This document shows positions 19,103 through 27,809 of a stretch of DNA of 64,000 nt, piece by piece. The position numbers were made by a program, and so were the translations under genes. The notes under the pieces were generated by a model. It was given only the letters and a program-made list of their open reading frames with translations, searched no databases and was not told the DNA's origin. The number at the start of each line of letters is the position of its first letter. Within the stretch, counting starts at the first letter, position 1. Origin of the DNA: an uncultured Candidatus Binatia bacterium (GTDB taxonomy: Bacteria > Desulfobacterota > Binatia > Binatales > Binataceae); the NCBI GenBank assembly GCA_964429575.1, contig CAYSCX010000005.1, positions 75,564 to 139,563 of the forward strand. Reading direction: 5' to 3'.

Positions 19103-21531
19103 ACACCGGTCCGATCCCGGTCCTTCTCATCGAGGACAATCCCGGCGATTCGCGCCTCGTCCGCGAGGCTTTGGCCGAATGCGGTGCCGTGCGCTTCGAG
19201 GTCGAGTGGTGCAAGCGCCTCGACCACGCGCTCAAGCGCCTCAGTGAGAAGGAGTTTGAAGTCATCCTGCTCGATCTATCGCTGCCCGACTGCTCGGCTT
19301 CCGAAACTGTCTCGCGCGTCCAGGCGCACGCCAGGAATGTGCCCATCGTCGTGATGACCGGACTCGACGACGAGAAAATCAGTCTCGAATCCGTCAAGGA
19401 CGGCGCCCAGGACTATCTCGTCAAGGGACAGTTCGATGGGCGCCTGCTCACCCGGGCAATCCGCTACGCGATCGAGCGCATGCGCACGCAGGATGAAATG
19501 GCGCGGGCGCGTGACTCCGCATTGGAGGTCGCCGGCCTCAAGTCGGCGTTCCTCGCCAACGTCAGCCACGAGGTCCGCACCCCGATGAACGCGATCATCG
19601 GAATGACCCGGATGTTGCTCGACACCCCGCTCAACGACGAGCAAAAGGAGTTCGCACAAGCGGTCTGGTCCAGCGGCCACTCGCTGCTTGGAGTCATCAA
19701 CGACATCCTCGACTTCTCAAAGGTCTCATCGGGCGGACTCAAGATCCGCGATATTGAGTTCAACCCCACCGAGACCGTCGAGTCGGCGCTGGAAATGTTC
19801 GCCGAGCGTGCGCTCGAATCGAGCGTCGAACTCATCTCGTACGTGGATGGCGACGTGCCCGCGCGTCTGCGCGGAGATCCGGACCGGGTCCGCCAGGTGC
19901 TTGCGAATCTTATTGGGAACGCCGTCAAGTTCAGCGGAAACGGCGAGGTCGCGGTGCTGGTGCGCAAGGAGTCGGAAACCGAGCGCGTGATGGATCTGCA
20001 CTTCACGGTGCGTGACAACGGCGCTGGCATCGCGCCGGAAATCCAGCGCACGCTTTTCCAGCCGTTCGTGCAGGGCGATCTCTCGATGACTCGCCGCCAT
20101 GGCGGCGCCGGTCTGGGCCTCGCCATCTCCGCCCAGATGGTCGAGCTGATGCGCGGACGAATCGGGCTGGAAAGCAAAGTCGGCGAGGGATCTCTTTTCT
20201 GGTTCACGGTTCGCCTTCGCAAGTGCGATGCCGTAAACCACCATCGTGATCCGGCCCGCGAACGCCTCTGGGGTCTGCGCGCGCTGGTGGTCGGTTCTGC
20301 GCGCGGCGGCTCTGATCTGACCCGCCGCCAGCTCGCGGCCTGGGGAATCGATGCCGACGCTGCGCACAGCGGCGCCGAGGCGCTCACCGCTATCGACGCA
20401 GCGCGCCTGGCCCGCAAGCCGTACCGCGTGGCCCTTTGCGACTCGGTGCTTAGCGACATGCCGGGATTGGATCTCGCACGCAAGGCTGGCGCCGGCCTGT
20501 CTGGCGCGAAGACTCGGTTCGTCGTCGTTTATCCGATGGGCCAGCGGCCTGCGGATGCATTACTACGCAAGGCGGGCATCAAAGGCAGCCTCGCCAAGCC
20601 GCTCCGTCAGACCCAGTTGGCAGGCCTCCTCGCCGACGCCGTCGCGCCCGCCGATGCGCGCGCCACGGCGGGCCGCCAGACCGCGATTTCCGGCACGGTT
20701 TTGCCCCCGCGCGAACCGCCCGATCCCGCCGCGCGCGAGGCGCACGCCGGCAAGCGAATCCTTTTGGTCGAGGACCACGCCGTAAATCGCAAGGTCGCGA
20801 TGAAAATGCTGGAGCGGCTCGGATATCAGGCCGATGCTGTCGCCAATGGAATCGAAGCGCTCGATGCTCTCGAGCACGCTCGCTACGACCTGATCTTGAT
20901 GGATTGCCAGATGCCCGAGATGGACGGCTACCAAGCCACCCGCGAAATCCGCCGCCGCTACCCGCCTCCACAGCACGTCCCCATCGTCGCCGTTACCGCG
21001 CATGCGCTCGAGAGCGATCGGCAAAAGTGTCTCGACGCCGGCATCGACGATTACCTGAGCAAGCCGTTCCTGCCCGAGCAACTCGCCGAGAAGATCGAGA
21101 GCGGACTCTTAAGGCACCCCATCGCCGCGCCATTGATGCGGGTCGCGCCCAACCACGCGCCCGCACCCGCATCCGCAATCACGCCGTCCGCCATTGAACG
21201 GCTGCGCAGCGCCGCCACCGATGACGCTCCGAACTTTCTGATCGAATTGATCGATACGTTTCTCGCCGACATGGCCGGGCGGCTCACGGGGATGCGCCGC
21301 GAATTCGCCAACGGCAATGCGATTTCGATTTCGCGGCTTGCCCACGGCCTCAGGGGCAGTTGCGCCCACTTCGGTGCAGTTGCGCTCATGACGCTATGCG
21401 CTCGAATCGAACAACAGGCGGGTGCCGGCCCCATCGAGCCGGTCGGCAACACCCTCGCCCAACTCGAAGTGGAGGCACTCCGTGTCCGAACCGAACTTGA
21501 AGCTCAACGAGCAGTCGAAGCGGCCGGTTGA
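19099..21531 (+). CDS. hybrid sensor histidine kinase (receiver - HisKA - HATPase_c - pseudo-receiver - receiver - Hpt)
   Basis: The ATG at 19099 overlaps the response-regulator stop (ATGA). N-terminal REC ([10 protein letters not shown]…), H-box [15 protein letters not shown], second REC with [11 protein letters not shown], and Hpt [15 protein letters not shown]. It is a paralogue of 13772..16453. Confidence 0.85.
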   Translation: MNTGPIPVLLIEDNPGDSRLVREALAECGAVRFEVEWCKRLDHALKRLSEKEFEVILLDLSLPDCSASETVSRVQAHARNVPIVVMTGLDDEKISLESVKDGAQDYLVKGQFDGRLLTRAIRYAIERMRTQDEMARARDSALEVAGLKSAFLANVSHEVRTPMNAIIGMTRMLLDTPLNDEQKEFAQAVWSSGHSLLGVINDILDFSKVSSGGLKIRDIEFNPTETVESALEMFAERALESSVELISYVDGDVPARLRGDPDRVRQVLANLIGNAVKFSGNGEVAVLVRKESETERVMDLHFTVRDNGAGIAPEIQRTLFQPFVQGDLSMTRRHGGAGLGLAISAQMVELMRGRIGLESKVGEGSLFWFTVRLRKCDAVNHHRDPARERLWGLRALVVGSARGGSDLTRRQLAAWGIDADAAHSGAEALTAIDAARLARKPYRVALCDSVLSDMPGLDLARKAGAGLSGAKTRFVVVYPMGQRPADALLRKAGIKGSLAKPLRQTQLAGLLADAVAPADARATAGRQTAISGTVLPPREPPDPAAREAHAGKRILLVEDHAVNRKVAMKMLERLGYQADAVANGIEALDALEHARYDLILMDCQMPEMDGYQATREIRRRYPPPQHVPIVAVTAHALESDRQKCLDAGIDDYLSKPFLPEQLAEKIESGLLRHPIAAPLMRVAPNHAPAPASAITPSAIERLRSAATDDAPNFLIELIDTFLADMAGRLTGMRREFANGNAISISRLAHGLRGSCAHFGAVALMTLCARIEQQAGAGPIEPVGNTLAQLEVEALRVRTELEAQRAVEAAG

Positions 21532-22399
21532 ATTTCGCTCGCCGGCGCCGCGCGAAAGTGTCGATGCGCCCTCCGCACCGGTCGCCGCCGCGCGGGGAAT
21601 GCACCGCATCACTGAAGTCCTGGCCGGCAAACGCTTCGCCTTGCTGGGATTCGACCACCTTGCGTCGGATCGCATCGTCGCGGCCTTCGAACGCGTGCGC
21701 GCGCACGCCCGCGTTGTCGCCGGTGACGCCGGTCACCCCGGCCTCAGTCCGCTTGCACGCTTCGACGGATGCATTATCAATGCGTCCACGCAGCTCAATG
21801 CGGAGGGCTTGCGTCCCGACGAGGTCCTGATCCACAGCGGCAAGCCGGGGCTGCTGGTCGGCTCGCGCAAGGAAATGATCGATCACGCGTTGAACATTGC
21901 TGCGGCGACCTGCGACTTTGTCGTCGAACCGTGGGAGCCGGAGGACCTCCTGTTTCGCGCCTACCGCGTCTGCCGCCACTCCGAAGCGGCCGGCGACTCG
22001 CCGGCGCCCGCACGCGGAGATCAGGCGACCATTCTTGTCGCCGATGACGACCCCACCACCACGATGCTCATGACCGCGATGCTCAAGAGTTTGCAAATGA
22101 CTAGCTGGATCGCACGTGACGGCGCCGAGGCGCTCCGGCTCGCTCGCGAGCTGCGGCCCGATGTCATGCTGCTCGATCTCCAGATGCCCGAAATGGATGG
22201 CTTCGAGGTGCTCTCCGCGTTGCGCAACGATCCCGTAACCCGCACCTTGCCCATCATCCTGCTCACCGCCTCCCACGCTGAAACCGACATCGCCCGCGGG
22301 TTCTCGCTCGGCGCCGACGACTTCGTCACCAAACCGTTTCACCCGCTCGAGATGATGGCTCGGGTGCGACGGCTGCTCCGCCCGCAGCGCGCGGAATAG
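21482..22399 (+). CDS. response regulator with an N-terminal degenerate (pseudo-)receiver-like domain and a C-terminal canonical receiver
   Basis: GTG at 21482 with a GGAGG SD 6 nt upstream. The C-terminal REC has …ILVADDDPT…DVMLLDLQMPEMDGFEV…K. The start is uncertain (an alternative is ATG at about 21599). Confidence 0.7.
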   Translation: MSEPNLKLNEQSKRPVEFRSPAPRESVDAPSAPVAAARGMHRITEVLAGKRFALLGFDHLASDRIVAAFERVRAHARVVAGDAGHPGLSPLARFDGCIINASTQLNAEGLRPDEVLIHSGKPGLLVGSRKEMIDHALNIAAATCDFVVEPWEPEDLLFRAYRVCRHSEAAGDSPAPARGDQATILVADDDPTTTMLMTAMLKSLQMTSWIARDGAEALRLARELRPDVMLLDLQMPEMDGFEVLSALRNDPVTRTLPIILLTASHAETDIARGFSLGADDFVTKPFHPLEMMARVRRLLRPQRAE

Positions 22400-22416
22400 G
22401 CGCACGCGCGCTCCCG

Positions 22417-22504
22417 GTTCCCCTTCCCTTTAGGGAAGGGGTCAGGGGTTAGGTCGTCGCTTAGGCAAAGCTCTCTCCTGGCAGGGTGTTGAGAAAAGCC
22501 TCGA
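22417..22504. repeat. palindromic repeat modules (copy set B) upstream of tRNA-Cys
   Basis: GGTTCCCCTTCCCTTTAGGGAAGGGGTCAGGGGTTAGGT (22417-22454) is identical to 13409-13447. CAGGGTGTTGAGAAAAGCCTCGA (22482-22504) matches 13228-13242 and 23516-23536. Confidence 0.65.
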
Positions 22505-22651
22505 GTTCCAAGCTCGCAGCCGCGATTCCTCGCGCCCGCCGCGCAGCCGCGCCAATTCTTGCGTCAAATTCGCCGCAGATCGCTCGCCGCGGCTCGTCAA
22601 TTGATGGCGCGGAACTCGCGTGATAGTTGATTGTTTCCGCACAACCGGTGA

Positions 22652-22727
22652 GGCGGCGTACCCAAGTGGCTAAGGGAGAGGTCTGCAAAACCTCCATTCA
22701 CCGGTTCGAGTCCGGTCGCCGCCTCCA
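22652..22727 (+). tRNA. tRNA-Cys (anticodon GCA)
   Basis: Acceptor GGCGGCG/CGCCGCC, anticodon stem GAGGT/ACCTC with loop CTGCAAA, T-arm ACCGG-TTCGAGT-CCGGT, discriminator T and an encoded CCA. Confidence 0.85.
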
Positions 22728-22840
22728 GCAAGCCGTCCCGACCGACGGGAGTAATCGTCACTTTATCGCACGACTCTCAATTCGACCGTCGGCATGGGAT
22801 GCCGTCGCGAGCGGTGAGGGTGCTTGAATCTTCCCCTCTT

Positions 22841-22970
22841 CCGTAGGGGCGCACGGCTGTGCGCCCTTCTCTGTTTTCTTCTCACCGTCCCGACCAACGG
22901 GAGCGATCTGTCGGCGCCCATTCCACTTCATGCCATTGGGAGTCGCGGCTCGCGACCGCTCCCGCTACGG
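22841..22970. repeat. palindromic repeat modules (copy set C)
   Basis: CCGTAGGGGCGCACGGCTGTGCGCCCTTCT…CCCGACCAACGGGAGCGATC (22841-22907) is homologous to 13281-13339. GTCGCGGCTCGCGACCGCTCCCGCTACGG (22942-22970) shares GTCGCGGCTCGC / GCTACG with 13450-13470. Confidence 0.6.
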
Positions 22971-22988
22971 CGGGCGCTCGATCGCTGG

Positions 22989-23495
22989 CTATTGCTTCAC
23001 CGCGGGCGGCTCCGCTTCGACGCGACGCACCTTCAGCGCGACCTCACACCCACTAGCGCCTTCGCCGTAGCAGAAATTCCTGAGCACTCCCGGGTCGCCG
23101 CCCCGCTCATCCCGCGCGAAGCTCGGGCACGTCCAACTGCCGCCCGCCGAGCGGTAGAGCGCAACCGCGAAGTATCTCCCCTGCGGCAGCACGCCGGCGG
23201 CCGGCTCACTCGCACGCGCCTCATCGGTGCGTACCACCGTAAATCCGTCGTGCCCGCCCGTCGGCGTAAGCACCATGAAAAACACCTGCCATTGCCGCCC
23301 GTCATGTGCGGAGAACTCGTAATGCATCGCACGATTGTCCGAAAAGACCGGCTTGTCGCGGCACAGCCACGGCCGCGGCTGCTGAGATTCGGCGCTCGCG
23401 ACGCGCGGGAGGCCGGCGCTGAACGCGCACAGGCCGGCTGCGCCGATCAGAGCAGTGCGAACCACGATTCGCGCGCGCATCCTGCTCCGCAGCAT
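22989..23495 (-). CDS. small secreted protein of unknown function (signal peptide, 4 Cys)
   Basis: Minus-strand ORF. Start is ATG at 23495 (MLRSRMRARIVV…) or 23480. It has an n-h-c signal peptide ending …RVASA/ESQQ. It is flanked on both sides by the palindromic repeat modules. Confidence 0.45.
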   Translation of the reverse strand: MLRSRMRARIVVRTALIGAAGLCAFSAGLPRVASAESQQPRPWLCRDKPVFSDNRAMHYEFSAHDGRQWQVFFMVLTPTGGHDGFTVVRTDEARASEPAAGVLPQGRYFAVALYRSAGGSWTCPSFARDERGGDPGVLRNFCYGEGASGCEVALKVRRVEAEPPAVKQ

Positions 23496-23515
23496 CAATG
23501 TCCGTTGCGCCCTAG

Positions 23516-23623
23516 CAGGGTGTTGAGAAACCTCGAAAAATCCCAAATGTGCCGGCCTTGTCTCTCAACGCCCTGCGTGAAGACTGGCTTCGTTCCTAAA
23601 CTTCTCTCCCGCCTCGGGAGAGA
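23516..23623. repeat. palindromic repeat modules (copy set D)
   Basis: CAGGGTGTTGAGAAACCTCGA (23516-23536) has its inverted copy TTGTCTCTCAACGCCCTG at 23558-23575. TCTCTCCCG-CCTC-GGGAGAGA is a perfect palindrome at 23603-23623. Confidence 0.6.
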
Positions 23624-23698
23624 CAAGAGTGAGGGCGCAGGCGGCTGAAATAGTTTTTCAACCGCTTGCTTGGGGCGGGGTGTCTGCTGCGCCGCCAC

Positions 23699-25753
23699 TC
23701 ATGCCGCGAGTGCTATCAACGCGCCGACGATCGCGCCGAGCTTCGCGTCCTTGGGCGTGAACACCAGCTTGATTCCAAGTTCGAGCAGCGCGGCACGGTC
23801 TCGCTCAGGAATGATTCCGCCGATCACCACCTTGACGCGGTCCGCCTTGCGTTCCCGAAGCAATGCCATCGTCTCGCGCGCGATGTTCATATGCGCACCG
23901 GCGAGGCTCGAGATTGCCAGGATGTCCGCGTCCTCTTGCAGAGCAGTCTCGACCAATTGTGCCGGCGTCTGCTTGAAGCCCGCCAATACCACTTCCATCC
24001 CCGACTGGAGGCATGCCTGCGCGAGCAGTTTCACCGCATTGATGTGGCCGTCGAGACCCGCCTTGCCCAGCGCAATCTTGATGCGCCTCGGCGCCCGCGG
24101 CACGTTCAGCGCGACGCGCCCGGCCCCATCTTCGAGCACCGGCGGAGTGTATCTGCCTCGCGTCGCGCTCTCGATGGTTGACGACCACTCGCCGACCGTG
24201 CCTCCCGCGCGCGCGAGCTCGAGCGTCGGCTCCATCACCGGACCGCCTTCGCGCGCCGCGCGGTCGAGCGCTTCGCGTGCCCGTGCGACCGCGCCCTGAT
24301 CGCGTTCGCCGCGCCAGCGCTTGATCGCCTCGATGCGTTCGTTCGCTGCCGCCGCCCCGCCCGCGCCGTCATCTGAGGATGGCGGCATTTCAGCGAGCCC
24401 GATCTCGCCCAGGAACGAGTTCACGCCCACCCGTACTATCTCGCCGCTCTCGAGCCTGCGCTGCCGGTCGGCAAGTTGGTGCGTCAGCTCCGCGCTTATG
24501 ATCGATATCGATCGCGAGTAGCCGGCCGCGCGCAGCTTCATTGCAATCGCCTTGGCGCGTTCCGCAGTCTCATCTGTGAGCTTCTCGATCACCCGGCTCC
24601 CCTCAAAAATGTCGGGATACTTCGCAATCTCGGTTTCGAACATCAGAATTTGCTGCGTGCGCAGGCTCAGCAGTTGCTCGGCCTGATCCGGGAGCGCCAA
24701 CGCTTCGCGGAATCCGGGCAACTGCAGCGCATTGACGCGCGCGCCCGCCGAAAGCAGCACCGGCAAGGCTTCGTATGCGATACGGATGATGTTGACCTCG
24801 GGTTGCTGCGCCGTGAGCGTGAGCGATCGCACCTGGCAGCCCGCGCGGAATGCGACGTTCTCGATTCCGTATTCGGTCTCGCAGAGCTCGCGCCACAGCT
24901 TGAAATACGCCCGCACCTTGCAGATTTCGGGCACCAGCTCGATGCCGCTGTTGATGAAAAACGAAATACGCCTGACCGTGCGCTCGAATGCGCCCCGGTC
25001 TAGTTCGCTGCGCAGCGCGTCCAGCAACAGCATCGCGTTGCCGAAGGCGTAGCCAATCTCCTCCGCCGGCCCCGCGCCGCTCTCCATGTAGTGGTAGCCG
25101 CAGCAGTTGATCGGATTCCAGTTGGGCGCCCGATGCACGGTGAAGCTGATCAGTTCGGTGGAAAGGCGCAACGAGACTTCCGGTTGGAATATCGACGTCC
25201 CGCGCGCGACGTACTCCTTGAGCAGGTCGTTCTGAGTCGTGCCGCGAAGTTCCGTCCACGCGACTCCGTGTTTTTCGGCGACCACCAAGTACAGCGCCAG
25301 GATGAAGGGCGCGGTCGCGTTGATCGTCATCGACGTGTTGATCGATCCTAGCGGGATGCCCTCGAAGAGCGCCTCCATGTCGCGCCGGTGACAGATCGAT
25401 ACGCCGGCCTTGCCGACTTCGCCCGCCGCGACCAGCGCATCGGGGTCGTATCCGTTTTGCGTGGGCAGGTCGAATGCGATCGAAAGCCCGCGCTGCCCCT
25501 GCGCGAGGTTCGCTCGAAACCGCTCGTTTGCCTGCTGCGCGTCGCCGAATCCCGCGTAAGTGCGGATGATCCACGGCTCGCGTTGCTTAAGCGCCGGTTC
25601 GGCTTTCAATTTCACTTGTTTGGCGGCCAATTCGGGCACTCCGTCCCGTCGCGGCAGCCTCAAGCGTAGTTGCCGAGGTCCCCCGATTCCAGCAGGCTTT
25701 GCGAGGGTGCTAGGTGGCCGCCCGGGAAGTGTCGCCCGCGCTTTCCGCCTCAA
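23699..25753 (-). CDS. coenzyme B12-dependent acyl-CoA mutase, methylmalonyl-CoA mutase family, with a fused C-terminal B12-binding domain
   Basis: MCM-family catalytic-domain motifs (…PWIIRTYAGFG…NERF…, …TQNGYDPD…). C-terminal cobalamin-binding Rossmann domain (…LGKAGLDGHINAVKLL…ILAISSLAGAH…). The start is uncertain because the 5' end overlaps the upstream ArsA-like gene by 44 nt. Confidence 0.8.
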   Translation of the reverse strand: MRRKARATLPGRPPSTLAKPAGIGGPRQLRLRLPRRDGVPELAAKQVKLKAEPALKQREPWIIRTYAGFGDAQQANERFRANLAQGQRGLSIAFDLPTQNGYDPDALVAAGEVGKAGVSICHRRDMEALFEGIPLGSINTSMTINATAPFILALYLVVAEKHGVAWTELRGTTQNDLLKEYVARGTSIFQPEVSLRLSTELISFTVHRAPNWNPINCCGYHYMESGAGPAEEIGYAFGNAMLLLDALRSELDRGAFERTVRRISFFINSGIELVPEICKVRAYFKLWRELCETEYGIENVAFRAGCQVRSLTLTAQQPEVNIIRIAYEALPVLLSAGARVNALQLPGFREALALPDQAEQLLSLRTQQILMFETEIAKYPDIFEGSRVIEKLTDETAERAKAIAMKLRAAGYSRSISIISAELTHQLADRQRRLESGEIVRVGVNSFLGEIGLAEMPPSSDDGAGGAAAANERIEAIKRWRGERDQGAVARAREALDRAAREGGPVMEPTLELARAGGTVGEWSSTIESATRGRYTPPVLEDGAGRVALNVPRAPRRIKIALGKAGLDGHINAVKLLAQACLQSGMEVVLAGFKQTPAQLVETALQEDADILAISSLAGAHMNIARETMALLRERKADRVKVVIGGIIPERDRAALLELGIKLVFTPKDAKLGAIVGALIALAA

Positions 25754-26774
25754 CCCGCAGGGTGAGGTCCGTCGCGAGTCGCTCGACCAGCCCCGCCGGA
25801 CGCATTCCAGCGTAGTCGCGCACTTCGATTACCGGCACGCGCGTCCGCTCGCGCAGCATCGACAACGCCTCTTCGCCTGCGCGCCGCCGCGCAAGCTCCG
25901 CGCGCGCGAGTTCCTTCAAATGAGAGCGCGGCGCACTGACGGCCGCCGCGTCGGTCAGGCTCGCAATGTCACGTTCGTCAAACTCCACTGGAACATGCCG
26001 GTTGAACAGAATTGCTCTGGGCTTAAGCTTCATCTCAGCGAGCGCGTCGAACGTCTCGAGCGTTTCGGAAACCGCCAGCGCCTCCGGCGTCGTCACCTGA
26101 ATGATCGCGGTCGTCCGGGAGTCCCGCAAAGTCCGCCCGATGTTGTCCGCTTCGCGCCCAACAATGCTTTCGCCAAATGTTTGCCTCGCCGCAGAAGGCA
26201 TCCGCAATAATGAGAGTGCCTGCCCGCTCGCCGGCGCATCGACGATGATCAAACCCCAACGCCGCGAGCGGGTTGACGTGCGATCCCCGTGCCCGGCGAC
26301 CCTCTGCCGCCGCCGCGCTCGTCGTCCTTCGCCGTGGCGCGTCCACCCAAGTCGTCCGCCGCCGCGATCAGATGGCTCGGTGTCCGTTCGCCGTTCAAGC
26401 TCATAGCACACCTTCCCCAGCATCATCAGTTCCTTTATCCCCGGCGCAGCTTGAATGAAGAACTGATAAAGGCGGCTCGCGAACACTGCGTGAAGTAGAG
26501 CGCGGCCCGGAACCACGAGCCTGAGGTACTCTTCAAGGGCTTGGCGGCCGTCGAGGAGAGCGACCGAAACGCCATTTCCTGCGTCGAACGGTTCGAACTT
26601 CGGCACAACTCCGAACAGCGCGTTTCTCGACGCGCGAGAGTCGCACTCCATCACGATGGCGTGCGTGCCGCTTGCGGCGCCGACGCGCGCAAGCGCCGCG
26701 CAAACCGTGGTCTTTCCTACTCCGCCTTTGCCGAGGACGATCAGGAGGCGACGCGTGAAAAGTTCGCCGAGCAT
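25710..26774 (-). CDS. ArsA/GET3-family (anion-transporting ATPase-like) P-loop ATPase with an Arg-rich insertion
   Basis: Deviant Walker A GKGGVGKTT. ArsA-like segment …WGLIIVDAPASGQALSLL…. An Arg-rich stretch of about 35 aa (RGGGRLGWTRHGEGRRARRRQR…) interrupts the domain. Confidence 0.65.
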   Translation of the reverse strand: MLGELFTRRLLIVLGKGGVGKTTVCAALARVGAASGTHAIVMECDSRASRNALFGVVPKFEPFDAGNGVSVALLDGRQALEEYLRLVVPGRALLHAVFASRLYQFFIQAAPGIKELMMLGKVCYELERRTDTEPSDRGGGRLGWTRHGEGRRARRRQRVAGHGDRTSTRSRRWGLIIVDAPASGQALSLLRMPSAARQTFGESIVGREADNIGRTLRDSRTTAIIQVTTPEALAVSETLETFDALAEMKLKPRAILFNRHVPVEFDERDIASLTDAAAVSAPRSHLKELARAELARRRAGEEALSMLRERTRVPVIEVRDYAGMRPAGLVERLATDLTLRVEAESAGDTSRAAT

Positions 26775-26808
26775 ACGCCGCCGCGCGGGCTTCGCTGCGT
26801 TGCGCGCC

Positions 26809-27786
26809 CTACCAGCGGAGCAGATTCGCTCCCCAAGTGAGCCCGCCGCCGCACGCGTTGAGCATTACGAGGTCGTTGTCGTGGATGCGTCCTTGCTCGA
26901 GCGCTTCGTCGAGCGCGATCGGGACGGACGCTGCTGACGTATTGCCATATTGGTCGATGTTGGTGAATAACTTCTGCGCGGGGATGCCCAGACGCTCCGC
27001 GACCGCGTCGATGATGCGCAGGTTCGCTTGGTGCGGTACCACCAGGCTGATGTCGTCGAGCGAAACGCCCGCCCGCTCGGCGACGTGCCGAGTGACTTCT
27101 TCCATGCTCTTGACGGCAATCCTAAAGAGTTCTGGACCCTTCATTTTGATCGCGTCGTCGGCCGATCGCCGCGCCTCGGAATCAATCGTCGCGCGCGCGC
27201 CGGTCGCTCGCACAGAAAGCAGATTTCCGAATTCGCCGGCTGAGCGCATCAAGCTTGCGAGCACGCCCCGCGGACCCGCCTCGTGGACGAGGACTGCCGC
27301 GCCCGCGCCGTCGCCGAACAGCACAGCGGTACGACGATCGCTCCAATCGACCATGGTGGACAGCGCGTCGGCTCCGATCACGAGCACTCGTTTCCAATCG
27401 CCAGCACGCATCGACGCGTCCGCGACTGAAAGCGCATAGACAAAGCCCGAGCACGCGGCGGCGACGTCGAACGCGGGAATCGACGAGACGCCGAGGGCAT
27501 ATTGAATCTGGCAAGCGAACGAAGGAAACGCGTACTCCGAAGAGACCGTGCCTGCGACGATCGCGTCGAGCTCCGAGGGCTTTAGACCCGCACGATCGAG
27601 CGCGGTTCGTACCGCCCGCATCGCCACCTCGGCGAGTGACTCTCCGCTGCGCAGCGCATAACGCTGGCCGATTCCGGTGCGCGAACGAATCCACTCATCG
27701 GACGTGTCGAGAAAGCGTTCGAGGTCCTGGTTGGAAACCGGCGTGCGAGGTGTGGCGCGTCCCGTGCCGACAATTCTGGAACCCAT
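26809..27786 (-). CDS. fabH: 3-oxoacyl-ACP synthase III (KAS III)
   Basis: Active-site Cys in the …AACSGFVYAL… context. Typical FabH N-terminus (IVGTGRATP…) and C-terminal His/Asn region (…VVPHQANLRII…GNTSAASVPIAL…). Start is ATG at 27786. Confidence 0.85.
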   Translation of the reverse strand: MGSRIVGTGRATPRTPVSNQDLERFLDTSDEWIRSRTGIGQRYALRSGESLAEVAMRAVRTALDRAGLKPSELDAIVAGTVSSEYAFPSFACQIQYALGVSSIPAFDVAAACSGFVYALSVADASMRAGDWKRVLVIGADALSTMVDWSDRRTAVLFGDGAGAAVLVHEAGPRGVLASLMRSAGEFGNLLSVRATGARATIDSEARRSADDAIKMKGPELFRIAVKSMEEVTRHVAERAGVSLDDISLVVPHQANLRIIDAVAERLGIPAQKLFTNIDQYGNTSAASVPIALDEALEQGRIHDNDLVMLNACGGGLTWGANLLRW

Positions 27787-27809
27787 AGGATTACCGTGGG
27801 ACGGTTCGG

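Noticed and set aside
13210-23640. CRISPR array as an explanation for the recurring intergenic repeats
   Set aside because: The repeats are heterogeneous modules at four separate loci with no regular repeat-spacer periodicity. No cas genes are present.
22824-23648. 274-aa +strand ORF across the tRNA-Cys downstream region
   Set aside because: It is Arg-rich, runs antisense to a plausible secreted-protein gene and across the palindromic repeats, and has no SD. It is judged non-coding.
24603-25574. 323-aa minus-strand alternative-frame ORF inside the acyl-CoA mutase gene
   Set aside because: Out-of-frame overlap with a gene carrying clear MCM motifs. Arg/Gly-rich translation.
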